Shown here: positions 13,701 through 24,289 of the stretch, piece after piece
How the letters are laid out: each line of letters begins with the position of its first letter
Numbering within the stretch: the stretch's first letter is position 1
Source: Catajapyx aquilonaris
Lineage: Eukaryota
Direction of reading: 5' to 3'
Assembly (NCBI GenBank): GCA_000934665.2
Contig: KZ538860.1
Location: forward strand, 1-64,000
Length of the DNA: 64,000 nucleotides
Notes under the pieces: model-generated
Told to the model about the DNA's origin: nothing
Database searches by the model: none
What the model saw: only the letters and a program-made list of their open reading frames with translations
Program-made: the position numbers and the translations under genes

Positions 13701-15481
13701 ATCGGACCTGCAGTATAGTATACTCAAGGCGGCTGAATAAGTTACCGCATTTCAGAAAATTCTATGGATAAGAGTGCTCCTTATTGGCAGGATATGCAGT
13801 CCTTGCCGATAAGCAAACCAGTTTATTCACGGGGGGTACTCGGCTGCATATAGGGGGGGTCAAGGAATATGCCTGGAGAGAGAGACACCCCCCGCCGCGT
13901 CTCTCTCTCTCTCCAACTGAGAGAGAGAGGCCCACTTTCAGCTGGACCTATATACGCAGCACATTAGAAGCCTCATCACAGATGGAGTTCATTATCTGCG
14001 TCCAGCAGAAAGGACACTCGATGTCACATGCTGGTCTCACTTATTCCGACCAGTCCCAGAGGAAGGCAACCTTGTCAGATAATAGACTAACCATCCGGTA
14101 CCAATCTCGCTGAAAGTTCCAATCTGTCATCATCTTCAATTTTGGGAGTGAGTTGGACATCCACGTCTTTGGGGCAATTATTAAGCTCGGGAATTAATTA
14201 TTCCACCCCAGCAGAGTGTGTTGATGGTATGAGGTGTTTTCCTGTCTATTACATAATTATGCAGCAAAGTGATAAGCCTGCTGCTTATTGGTTCTTGCCA
14301 TGATTCTGCGGGCATTATATAGGGCAACATCATCATTTATGAGTGGACGAGTGAGGAGGAGGAGGACAGCCTGCGAGGGGGGGCGCTCCTGTGATGGATG
14401 CACCAATTTGTGGTCTCTTCTTTTCGGCTCATTGTTATTGTGGAAGTGCTGTGGAGGGGGCCTATATACGCTTTGCTGTCGTATAAACGAGGCGTGACGA
14501 CGACCGACGGGCGACGACGGCGGCGGCCCCCGAATGATGGGGGGTCGTCGGGCGCCCAGACTTTTTATTGCTCTCGCTCTTGCTGCGAGCCTGAGGAATC
14601 GCCTGAGAGGGGAAGGAAGAAGAAAGAAGAATGGTCCAATCGGGAGCATATATTTGGAGGAGGCAAATCATCAATCGTACTGCGACGAGGGGGATGAACT
14701 TCTTGTTCCACTCTGCGGGGGGATGGTGCCACCCCTATAATCGCACCCAGGTCGTGTATATAGATGATGGCGCAGCAGCGTCCCAGTCGTCGTGTCCCGC
14801 AGACGGTTCCTTATTCCGCCCTCCCCAACAATATATATAAAAAATTAGGAGGAGGGAAGCAGGGATCCATGGAGAGAGAGGAAGAGAGGAATAGAGAGAG
14901 AGACATGTCCTCCTCATCTCCAATGATTATTATTTGCGTAGACTGGCAAGTCTGTCGACGATGATTGGCGACGCCTAGCTGCAGGGAGGTTTCCGACCAA
15001 ACTTTTTCCCCCTTTCTTTTGCCCTCTCCATGCTCCTTGTTTTCGTCTGGATCCGCGGCGCCACAGCGGGACGACCCCCCCTGCAGAGACCGGCTATGCC
15101 ATTTTTTGCCCGCAGACGACGACGACGAGCCGTGCCATCATCATCTGTTTGGCGCTCGCCAGACCGAGTCCAACTGGTGCTCACCCACCCACGAACAAAT
15201 GGACATTATTCAACTCTTACTGATATATGGTGTAACATCCCACCCACCACCCCGCAGTTAACTGCAGAAATATAGCTGGCGACAGAAATCTCCAAGTCAT
15301 ATTCATACAAATATAGCTGTTGTGTATATAGATGATCACAATCACCTACATGCTGAAAAGTGACCAACATGTTTCCCACAGCAAAGTTAACAGAGCTATA
15401 TTTTATTTCAGGTTGGTGCGTGCATAGTGCGTACACTGGAATGTACCTCGTTGGACGGAATGACAAGAAGCATGGAACTGT

Positions 15482-16981
15482 CTAGGCGGAAATGGGATCG
15501 CTGGTGTTGTAAAAGTCTTCGGAGAGGGAGATGCAGCTGCTGCGGCGACTGGGGGCAGATGATCCCTCCTCCGCGTCCACCTCCAGGGTCAGGACGTCTT
15601 CCACCAGGTATCCACCGCTTCTTACCACCTCCAGTGGGGCAAAGTCCGGGAAGCCATACCCTTTTGCATTGCGGACGCTTACTGGGCGCTGGAAGGCCTC
15701 GCCTGTCCCGCCATTCAAACGGACCTCTTCTGACATGCTCTTGGACTGGTCGGCGTTGACCAACCTGATGTGGACACGACCCACAAATGGCCAGGTCAGG
15801 GCGGCGTCGTGCGAGGTGCGGCACAGATGGACAAAAACCGACAAGTGGGTGGGATTGTTGGATGGGTGGAGGTTGATTCGGAGGCAGACGGAATGTCCGT
15901 AAGGGTGGATGTAAAAGTGGGGGCTGAACAGGGAGCGTCCAGAGGACAGCTGGGAAAATCCAACGGCCTGCCACACAAAATGACCCATGCAGCAACGGGA
16001 CGCAGCATCTGACTGTTGGCGTACCACGATGGCCAGACTTTCCATCTGGGACGACAGTCCAGCCAAGCGTATCTGGTGCTCCGTTGCTTTCTGCTCCAGG
16101 CGAACTAGGCGTTGGTACATCTCTTTGAGGAGGCGGTCTGGATCCATCGTTCCAGACATCTTGGGCCTCACCCGTCCACAGTCCCATGAGCGCTGGCGGC
16201 GAAACTGGTAGTCGTCTGGTTCTGAAGATTCACGCTCCAGCATGGCTGCAGACAGTTGGCGGTAGGCAGAGGTGAGCAAGTTGAGATGCAGCTGGGCGTT
16301 GTGCTCCAGGTGGTCACGCAGAGTGGAGGGAGGCAGGCGGACGGGGCATCCCACACCTCTATAGTAGCAGTCGGCCAGGGCGTCCACTGCCACCACGGCC
16401 GAGACGTCCCTCTTGAAGGTGCAGGACTGGACGTGCGTGTCCATGTCCACCAGTGGGAGGGTCAGGGTGCATCCTGAGCCTGCAAAGGGGCAGCGGACTG
16501 GGGACTGGAGGATCTCGCGACGTGTGCAGTTGTCTGCGTAGAGGTCGGTCAAGGCCAGTGGGGAGCCGTCGAGTGGGCAGCGCTTCCCTTCCTTCCTGAA
16601 ATGGAACGGCACACGTGATCACATATCTCTTTCATCTCACAGTATATGGGAAAAGATAGGAAGGAGTGTGTGTAGGCTATATACTGACAGGATCCACTGT
16701 GTGATGCATCCTTTGCAGAACCTGTGTCCGCAAGGGGTGAGTGTGGGCTCCCTGAGGCAGAGGAGGCAGACGGGGCACTCGAAGCGCGAGGGTGATCCGG
16801 CAGGCGATGTGGTGAGGTCCAGCTCGTAGTCGTACCCTCCAGTGAGTGGCACTGCCTCGCCCTCCTGCCCACCGCCTTTGTCACCCTCCGATGGGAGTCT
16901 AGCTGCAGGTGGGTGCGATGTCGCTACAACATCTCCCTTTGTGGTGGTGGTGGTGGCTGCTGTGTCCTTCCTGCCACTCAT
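15482..16981 (-). CDS. TRAF6: TNF receptor-associated factor 6-like (RING, TRAF zinc fingers, coiled coil, MATH domain); exons 16981-16689 and 16595-15482
   Basis: RING FECPVCLLCLREPTLTPCGHRFCKGCITQWIL|KEGKRCPLD; LYADNCTRREIL; MATH FSPHFYIHPYGHSVCLR...LTWPFVGRV...AFQRP...KGYGFPDF. Confidence 0.9.
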
Positions 16982-17420
16982 CTCCACAACCCTGCAAAGC
17001 ACAGCAGCAGTGAAAGAGGCATGGTCTTACAGGACAACAACAAAGTGGTGGTCCCCCCAGCGGCACACGCCCAAAAACTGGCAGTGTCCAAGCAACGTGA
17101 GTCTCTGCCCCCCTCTTATTGTGGCTGGACCAGCTGGGCAGATGAAGGCAGAGGGCCTGGCGTACCTTTACTAGTATTGTTGTTGGTTGTTGCACACCAT
17201 GCAAGGAAGCAAGCAGGATACGTAACATGCGAGGAGTGCCTCTCAGGAGCTGTAGGAGACAAGTGTGGTGTGCGTGACTCATTCATTCATACGTCACACT
17301 CTTTTTGGACTGGGGAACGGCCGGAGTGGAAAGGGGCGGTTGGTTCGGTTGGCCGCTCTGCTTTCATCTGGCCACCCTTTTCCCTCCCTCCCTCACCTGG
17401 CCACCCTGCCTGGTTCCCGT

Positions 17421-17430
17421 CGGCCATCTT
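17421..17430 (-). promoter_or_regulatory. YY1-type site (CGGCCATCTT) in the shared TRAF6/RPL39 divergent promoter; pyrimidine tract near 17375-17395 is a candidate TCT/TOP start
   Basis: Match to the YY1 core AAGATGGC on the minus strand, between head-to-head genes. Confidence 0.5.
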
Positions 17431-17496
17431 TGATCCGGTGTGTTTTTTTTGTTGCACCGTGGACTGTAGCAGTGGTGTGCGTCTTCGGAAGGAAAG

Positions 17497-19047
17497 ATGG
17501 TGAGTTGTTGTGTCCGGGGGGGAATATCCTCCCTGATCGGGGCCGCCCAGGGGCCATCCGACCTCCTCTCCGACTAGGAATAACGACAATCCCTCTCTCG
17601 TTGCCCAGGCCTCCCACAAGACGTTCAAGATCAAGCAGAAGCTGGCCAAGAAGCTGAAGCAGAACAGGCCCATCCCGCAGTGGGTCAGGATGAGGACGGG
17701 CAACAAGATCAGGTCAGGATCGATGATGGGGACGGAAAAGGGGAAAAAGGGAGGGCTGTTTGCCACATATGCCCGTGCTGATGGGGAAGGGAGGCACCCA
17801 GCCAAAAGCAGGGCGGTCGGTGTTGATCGGTCAACACAGGAACGCAACCGAGTCGTGTGCACAGGATGGCCATACTCGAGAATCAGAAGTGCCAGTGTAA
17901 CCTGCCACAGGCCATGTCGTGCATAGGCACAGACCGCTTCTCGCTCCAGGGTTGCGCCCTGTGCGACACACTCGGTTGCGTTCTTACGCATCTGTAGCAG
18001 CTCGGTGCAGCTGGAGGGGTGGGTGGTGCCCCTCTCTTCTGTGCGGGCAGCCCGAAACCGGGCGTCACCCAAATGTAGGCGCACAAGCACGTGAGATTTG
18101 TGCCACCTCTGCACGCATGGGGGGTCTGCCGTACCTGGTGTCCAACAAGAATTGTGGCAGCGCACGAACTACAGTCTCTCGTGTCCCTGTGCTCGTAGAT
18201 TGTAGTTCGTGCGCTGCCGCTGCGACAATTCTTGTTGGACTGATAGTACAAGTAGCGATTTAATGTGCAGACAAGTGAGGCAGGCACTTGTGTCCCTTGC
18301 TTGAGGGAGAGACAGATTTATTTGAACAGGCACCAAATTTAAAAGTGAATCAACATTAGCACTTGATGCAGTAAATGCATTGGAAATGGGAGAGAGTGGC
18401 AGACAGGAACACGTCTAGTGTGGCTCGCCTTCATGGTGTGGATACGTGCATTTCAGGCAATCTATTGGATTTTGTAACATTCTTACACTTGCTTGCAAGT
18501 TGCGGGGCTCGAGGGAGGTCCAAAATCGCCATTTATTGTGAAAGCATGGGAGTGAGATGGCCATTGCAGCAGGGCGTTTTAAAACATTGACAAAATAGTC
18601 CAGAGGATAGGTTTGGTGTGCCAGTGATGAAGTAGTAAAAGGTCTGAGGGGTGTGTCCCCCTCTCCCTCCGTGCCCTCGCCCCTGGACTCGACCCCGCTC
18701 CCTTCAGGCTTAATGGGACAGGCGGGGTTTTCCCTGAGGGCGGACACTGGGCTTTGGCTCCCCTCCCCCTCCGCTGCCTCCCTCCTCCCTCCCTAGTGGT
18801 GTGGTTGGTTGGTGGGGCAAAAGGGGAGGGGGTGGGTGCGCTGAGGCTCCAAAGGGCCCTGGGAGAGGGGGCCGCCCCGACACGTGACTTCAAGGCGACC
18901 TGAGGCACTCTCAAACCCCCATCCCTGGAGGGTGCAATCAGCGCCACGGGAGAGAGCAGTCCTCTTGATTCTGACCGCCTTTCTTTCTCCGCCTGCAGAT
19001 ACAACGCCAAGAGGCGTCACTGGCGCAGGACAAAGCTGAAGCTGTAA
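17497..19047 (+). CDS. RPL39: 60S ribosomal protein L39; exons 17497-17499 (ATG only), 17609-17712, 18999-19047
   Basis: Spliced translation [51 protein letters not shown] (51 aa); ATG|GTGAGT donor; not in the ORF track. Confidence 0.97.
18140..18240 (+). repeat. Near-perfect 101-nt hairpin in RPL39 intron 2
   Basis: GTCCAACAAGAATTGT / ACAATTCTTGTTGGAC (16 bp) and GGCAGCGCACGAACTACAGTCT / AGATTGTAGTTCGTGCGCTGCC (22 bp, one G-U); 6-nt bulge; 19-nt loop. Confidence 0.85.
18618..18908 (+). ncRNA. Candidate intronic composite box C/D (+H/ACA hairpin) scaRNA, U87/U88-like, predicted guide for 2'-O-methylation of U5 snRNA U41 (human numbering)
   Basis: Terminal stem GTGCC 18618-22 / GGCAC 18904-08; C box GTGATGA 18624-30; guide TAGTAAAAGGT complementary to U5 loop 1 GCCUUUUACUA followed by D' CTGA 18644-47; D box CTGA 18900-03; internal pocket hairpin with ACA at 18744-46; ends 90 nt before the 3' splice site. 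Confidence 0.8.
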
Positions 19048-19786
19048 GGATCCAAACCAGCCAGCCAGGGCCTGGTCTTCGCCACCACCAGCCGCAGCCG
19101 CAATGCAGGAGGAACCCTTCTTATTGTAGGGCAGCACCGTACCTGCCAGGCCGTCCCATTAAAGTGCCCTGGTTGAAAAGAACGTGTTGCCCTTTCCTTT
19201 CAACGCCCTGCATGCAATATTATTAGCTTCCTGTCTTCCAGGGGGGAAATGTCACGCTGCAGGAAAAGGACTGAGTCTGTTCTGTTGTGGTTGGGAATTG
19301 TCGCATAGGACACAGTCAATGGGGGCATGTGGTGCCATGGCATCATTTTTTCGTGCTTGGCTGTATGGTAGAGAACCACTGTTGAGAAGTGAGGCATGGA
19401 TGGCGGTCATGGTTGCTGAGGACGTGGGCGTGCTGAGGGCGACATGAGGTGGTCGTCGTGTGTGTGGTGCTTCCCCCGCCTGATGGATGGCGCCACCTAC
19501 CCTCTCCTTGCGTGTGGAAGGGTGGGTGCGACCCTCCACCTGTCCGCGGGGACTGGGAACTGCGACCTCCTCACCCCCTCCGTCAGTCTGACAGGACTCG
19601 AGGGGACTGGCCTCTCTCTCCTAGACGCGTCGTCGCCCGGGGAAGGGTCGTCGTCGTCTGTCGGCGGGTGGGTGGAGAGGAGGCGGAAGGGTCGTCGCCC
19701 TCTCTCCCTGCTGGCTGGCTGGACCCACCCCCAGCAGCAGGCAGGGGAACCCACATTCCACTCAACAACAACCACCGACCACAAGC

Positions 19787-22700
19787 ATGATGCTGGACGT
19801 GAGGCAGCTGCAGACGCAGCTCTTCCCTCTGCAGCCTAAAGGTAGTACGACATGCTCTTCCTTTTGCTGGCGTCACACTCACCGTGTCCACCCACCCACA
19901 CAGCGGCAGACAGCAGCATCACGGCCACCCACTGCCAGCCGCCCAGCGACCCCTCCTCGGGGGCCCAGCAGCAGCCCTCCTTCCGCCTCCGCTCCCCTCG
20001 AGACCTCTACGGCACCCTCCACCCGGACCACAGCAACACGCAGCAGGTCCCCCGCTGGCCTGCAGAGTGCCAGGTCATGCCCGGGGAGGACGCAGACCAC
20101 TCTGCGCCCCACCACCTCAGGGACTCCCCCCTCAAGCCAGAGCCTTTCTACTACCCCTGCGGAGACGAGCCACAGCCGCAGCCCGTCAACAGCAGCTGCA
20201 GCCCCCACGACAACAAGGGCAGGGGGGAGGAGGAGCTCTGCGGACAGGTCGTCTACTCCTACGACACCACTGGGACACTCAACTTCTTCACCAGGTCTAT
20301 GCATCCCCATCCTATTATTGCTTACCCCTTCTTGACCAGATCTAGGCCACCGGATTCGCTTCTCTTCAACTTTATACATGTACGCTGAACAAATAATAAC
20401 AGCTACACTTACACGTTCATGCTGTACACTTTCTATGCTTGGAAAAATTGTCCACTTCTACAAGTCGCAAAATTAATGTCCCCCAAAAATTGCTTTAATA
20501 CCTCGAAATTAAAATGCTACCGGCCAACTGTTAGGCTCATTATTTTAATAATTATGAAATCTGTTAAAATATACGGAACAACAACCTTGAGAATCATGCT
20601 ATGACGAATCTGCTGTGGCCTACTTGCGGCAATTAAAACAATTTTGGAGTTTTCCGAAGTGAGAGGCAAGCCGCAGTAAGTATTAATTTAATTCTCACAA
20701 AGTACGACAATTTCAGCAGATTCTTCCTAGCACAATACTCAAGGGTGTTGTTCCGTAGAATTTAACGTATTTCATAATTAAATGCGCCTAACAGTTGGCC
20801 GGTAGTCATTTAATTTCGAGTTGTTACAGCGACCTTTTTGGAAATTAACTTTGCGAATTCTAGAAGTGGAAAATGGTTCCAAACATATCCATAGTGTAGA
20901 GCATGAACTAGTAAGCGTAGCTTGTTGTTATTTATTTTGCAAAATATCTTGTGCATATCTTCGGGGTACATGGAAGTTGAGCAGAGGCAAATCTCATCGC
21001 CTAGATCTGGTACCAAAGGGATACCTGTGGGAGGTAAAAAGGAAAACGCCATTTTGCGGATGGAAATGCTGGTCTACTTGACGTGTTTTTAACGAATTAA
21101 TCCAGAAGAAACATGTAAAGTGAATTTCTTGCTAAACAAAATTCCCATTGCAACATTTTCATTGCGCTTTGCTTGTAATCCATCACGAGAGAGACACCTC
21201 TAACAGCCGTCTTCCCTCAAACAAGGTCGTGTGTGGTTGGAGCTGGACGCAAATTCGAGCCAGTGGTGCAGCCTGACGAGGAAGACGGGATATACGAGTA
21301 CCCCCCTCTCGAATTCGAATCTCGCTTTGAATCTGGGAACCTCTCCACGGCCATCCGCCTCAACGACACTTTCTACGAGCTGAGGCTGAGGCCCGACATG
21401 TACACCAGGAGGGGGCATGCCCAGTGGTTCTACTTCAGGGTCCAAGGAATGAAGGCAGGCGCCACCTACCGCCTCTCCTTGGTGAACATGGCCAAGCAGG
21501 ACAGCCTGTACAGGACAGGCCTGCGTCCAGTCATGTACTCTGAGAAGGAGGCTGCCCTCAACGGGACGGGTTGGCGCAGATGTGGTCGCTCCATCCGCTA
21601 CTTCAGGAACGAGGCTGATGCCTGGCACACCCTCACCTTCACCATACGCTTCCCGCACAGTTGCGACACGGTGTACCTGGCCCACTGCTATCCCTACACG
21701 TACACGGACATGCAGAGAGATCTGGCGGACCTGCAGAGGGACCGGTCCAGCGTCTGCAGGCAGAGACTCCTGTGCCGCACCCTGGCCGGAAACAACGTGT
21801 ACCTGCTGACGGTGACCAACATATGCGAGGAGCGTCGCCCCGCAATCGTGTTGACTGCCAGGGTCCATCCTGGGGAGACCCCTGCCTCCTGGGTCATGCT
21901 GGGGCTGCTGGAGTTCTTGACGGGGCACTCCGAGGTGGCCCAGGCACTGAGGCGCCGCTTTGTGTTTAAGATCGTTCCCATGCTCAATCCAGACGGGGTG
22001 ATTGTTGGCAACCAGCGCTGCTCCCTCTCCGGGCGTGATCTGAACAGGCAGTACCGGAGCGTGCTGCGGGAGCAATTCCCAAGCATCTGGGCCGTCCGCA
22101 GGCTGGTCAGACGATTGCTGGACGACTGTGGCGTTGCCATGTACGTGGACATCCACGGGCACTCCCGCAAGCACAATGTGTTTGCGTACGGGTGCGAGTC
22201 TGCCCACTCTGGCCGCCGCCTCTCCGAGCAGGTCTTCCCCCTGATGCTCCGTAAGAACTCTCCAGACAAGTTCAGCTTCGAGAGCTGCCACTTCAAGATC
22301 CAGCGCGGGCGGGAGGGGACCGGACGGGTGGCCGTCTTTGGACTGGGGGTTGCCACCAGCTACACCCTGGAGGTGTCCATGGCAGGGACGACCATGGGCG
22401 GACGCAACTGCCACTTCACCCAGGACGACTACAAGTCCATCGGACACCTCTTCTGCCGAACCCTCCTGGACTTCACGGACGCAGCTCCCGAAAAGGTAGG
22501 CAGGATACCAATTGGCTAAGAATCAGTGTGGATATGGTAACACATGTTTTCATTCATTTATATCTCCTGACTTCCTCATACAACGGCCACTTTGGTAAGG
22601 TACGCCCACCACGTGAGGGGGGCCTTGATTTTAAAGCCAACAGCTTTGCTTCCAGATGCTGGTGCTTCGGAACCCAAGAACCGGCTGAGGTCAAAGATCA

Positions 22701-23532
22701 TCCGCCGCTTGGCGAAACGTGGATCGAGCGCGGAGGAGCCAACCAACGTTCCTCTCTCTGACTACTCCAGGTATGTTTCATTGTCCTGTGTTCACACTGA
22801 GGCTAAACTGAATAATGTTTCAGTGAGGATGCCTGTGGATCAAGTTCTGGTGACAGCTGCGGGGACAGCAGCAGTGACGAAGAGGACCTGACGGTGCCTG
22901 ATCAGCCCCGCGTGGACATTCAGAAGGTGGCGGGAAAACCCCCGCAGCAGACCAACAGGTCTGGGCCTGCAGTCCAGGGGCGGCCCAGGAGCAGGCGGCA
23001 GCCCCTGCCCATGCCTCGGCTGGTGCTGGATTTGAATGCCGCCAACGGGCCCGAGAGTGTAGCCCCCCCGACCACGGCAGCAAAGAGGATGGAGACGCGC
23101 AGCTCAACTGCTCCACCGGCAGCACCCCAGGCTCGGCCTTCTCCAGAAGAGGAGGTGTCCAACAACGGCATGTTCTGGATAGACATGAGTGGAGCGGGAG
23201 ACCAGGTGCAGTCCTGCCTGAAGCTGACCCGCTCCATGACCAGGCTGATGTGCCTGCAGGGGAAGAAGTGGTACCCAAACGACACCCTGATGGACGGCCG
23301 CGTGAAGAGGCCATCCGTGCCCAAGAAGGCCTTGGACCCCTCCAAAGCGGTGGAGGCCGGCCCTTCTTCCTCCGTCCGCCGCAGCAGCAAGGGTGCGGCA
23401 GCCCTGGTGGTGGCCTCCCCCCTGAAGCGCTCCCCGGCAGCCCTTGGCCCCCTCCGCAAGCGCAAGCAGCGCAGCAGCAAGGCCCCTCCGTCCCTCCCCC
23501 ACAGCAAGTCCAAGAAGCGGACCAGCAGCTGA
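19787..23532 (+). CDS. Cytosolic carboxypeptidase 2/3-like (M14D tubulin deglutamylase, AGBL2/3, NnaD-like); exons approx 19787-19841, 19904-20294, 21226-22495, 22679-22770, 22824-23532
   Basis: PRWPAECQV, FESRFESGNL, QWFYF, AHCYPYTY, ARVHPGE, PMLNPDGV, GRDLNR, DIHGHSRK, SYTLEVS motifs; the exon-4 acceptor is the least certain. Confidence 0.9.
20335..21011. mobile_element. ~680-bp foldback (palindromic) non-autonomous element in AGBL intron 2
   Basis: Nested inverted pairs: ACCAGATCTAGGC / GCCTAGATCTGGT at the termini, GTTCATGC / GCATGAAC, TCCACTTCTA / TAGAAGTGGA, CTACCGGCCAACTGTTAGGC / GCCTAACAGTTGGCCGGTAG, TACGGAACAACA / TGTTGTTCCGTA. Confidence 0.85.
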
Positions 23533-24289
23533 GGCCCTCCCTCCCGAACCTTCTTCCAGCTGTGCTTTCGTACCCCCCTTTTCCTATCTTTGCAACACAC
23601 GCTTTGTAACAATGTATGGTCGACAATGAAATGAGGAGGATGGTGAGCATCAGGCAGTGCTTTTTCATTCCATGGTTCCAGGGGTGCCACTCTTCCTTCC
23701 TTCCCCTCTAGAGAGAGAGAGAGAGAGGCCATTGGCACCACTTGAGGGGGGGATGGCCACAGAGGAGCTTCCCCCATCCGGCGAGAGATGGCGGGAGGTG
23801 GAGTCAAGTGGAAGGCTGCGGGGGGGGAACAGAGACGCCATCTGTCGGTGGATGGGACAACAAGCTCCTTGGTGGGCATCCTCCTCCCTCCCTCCCTCCC
23901 TCCCTCCCTCCCTCCCTTCCCCCCGCCTCCCCTCCCGAATGTTCCATTCCAGGCGGCCATCACCCCCAGCCAGAAGAATGCTCCTCCCGAAGAAGAAGAT
24001 GCCCAAGCCTCGGGCAGGAGAATTATAGAGAGAGACCAACAAGGCAGCAAGAAACTTCCCGTAAGAGCACTCTGAAGAGGCTGCGGCTAGAGGTACGTTG
24101 TAGCTGTGCTGCATGTACTGCAGCAATGTACTTCCCATCAGCAGGTGCAGAAGGATAAGGAATAAGCTGCTGGCCACTGGGAGTGATGCTGCTGGTGCCC
24201 CGCTGCAGCCTCCCAGCCCTGGTGGTGGCCACGATGAGGCTGCCCGTCCGGACTGGCTGCATCCTGCCGGACAGGGACTGACACCGGCC

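Noticed and set aside
7715..15481. Short ORFs in the 7.7-kb interval between so and TRAF6, and in 1-5900
   Set aside because: Low-complexity with no protein motifs; probably UTR or regulatory DNA of the homeobox gene, but no specific enhancer can be supported
18894..18945. SECIS-like or separate hairpin GCACTCTC / GAGGGTGC
   Set aside because: Intronic, lacks the AUGA/GA quartet, and overlaps the better-supported D box and terminal stem
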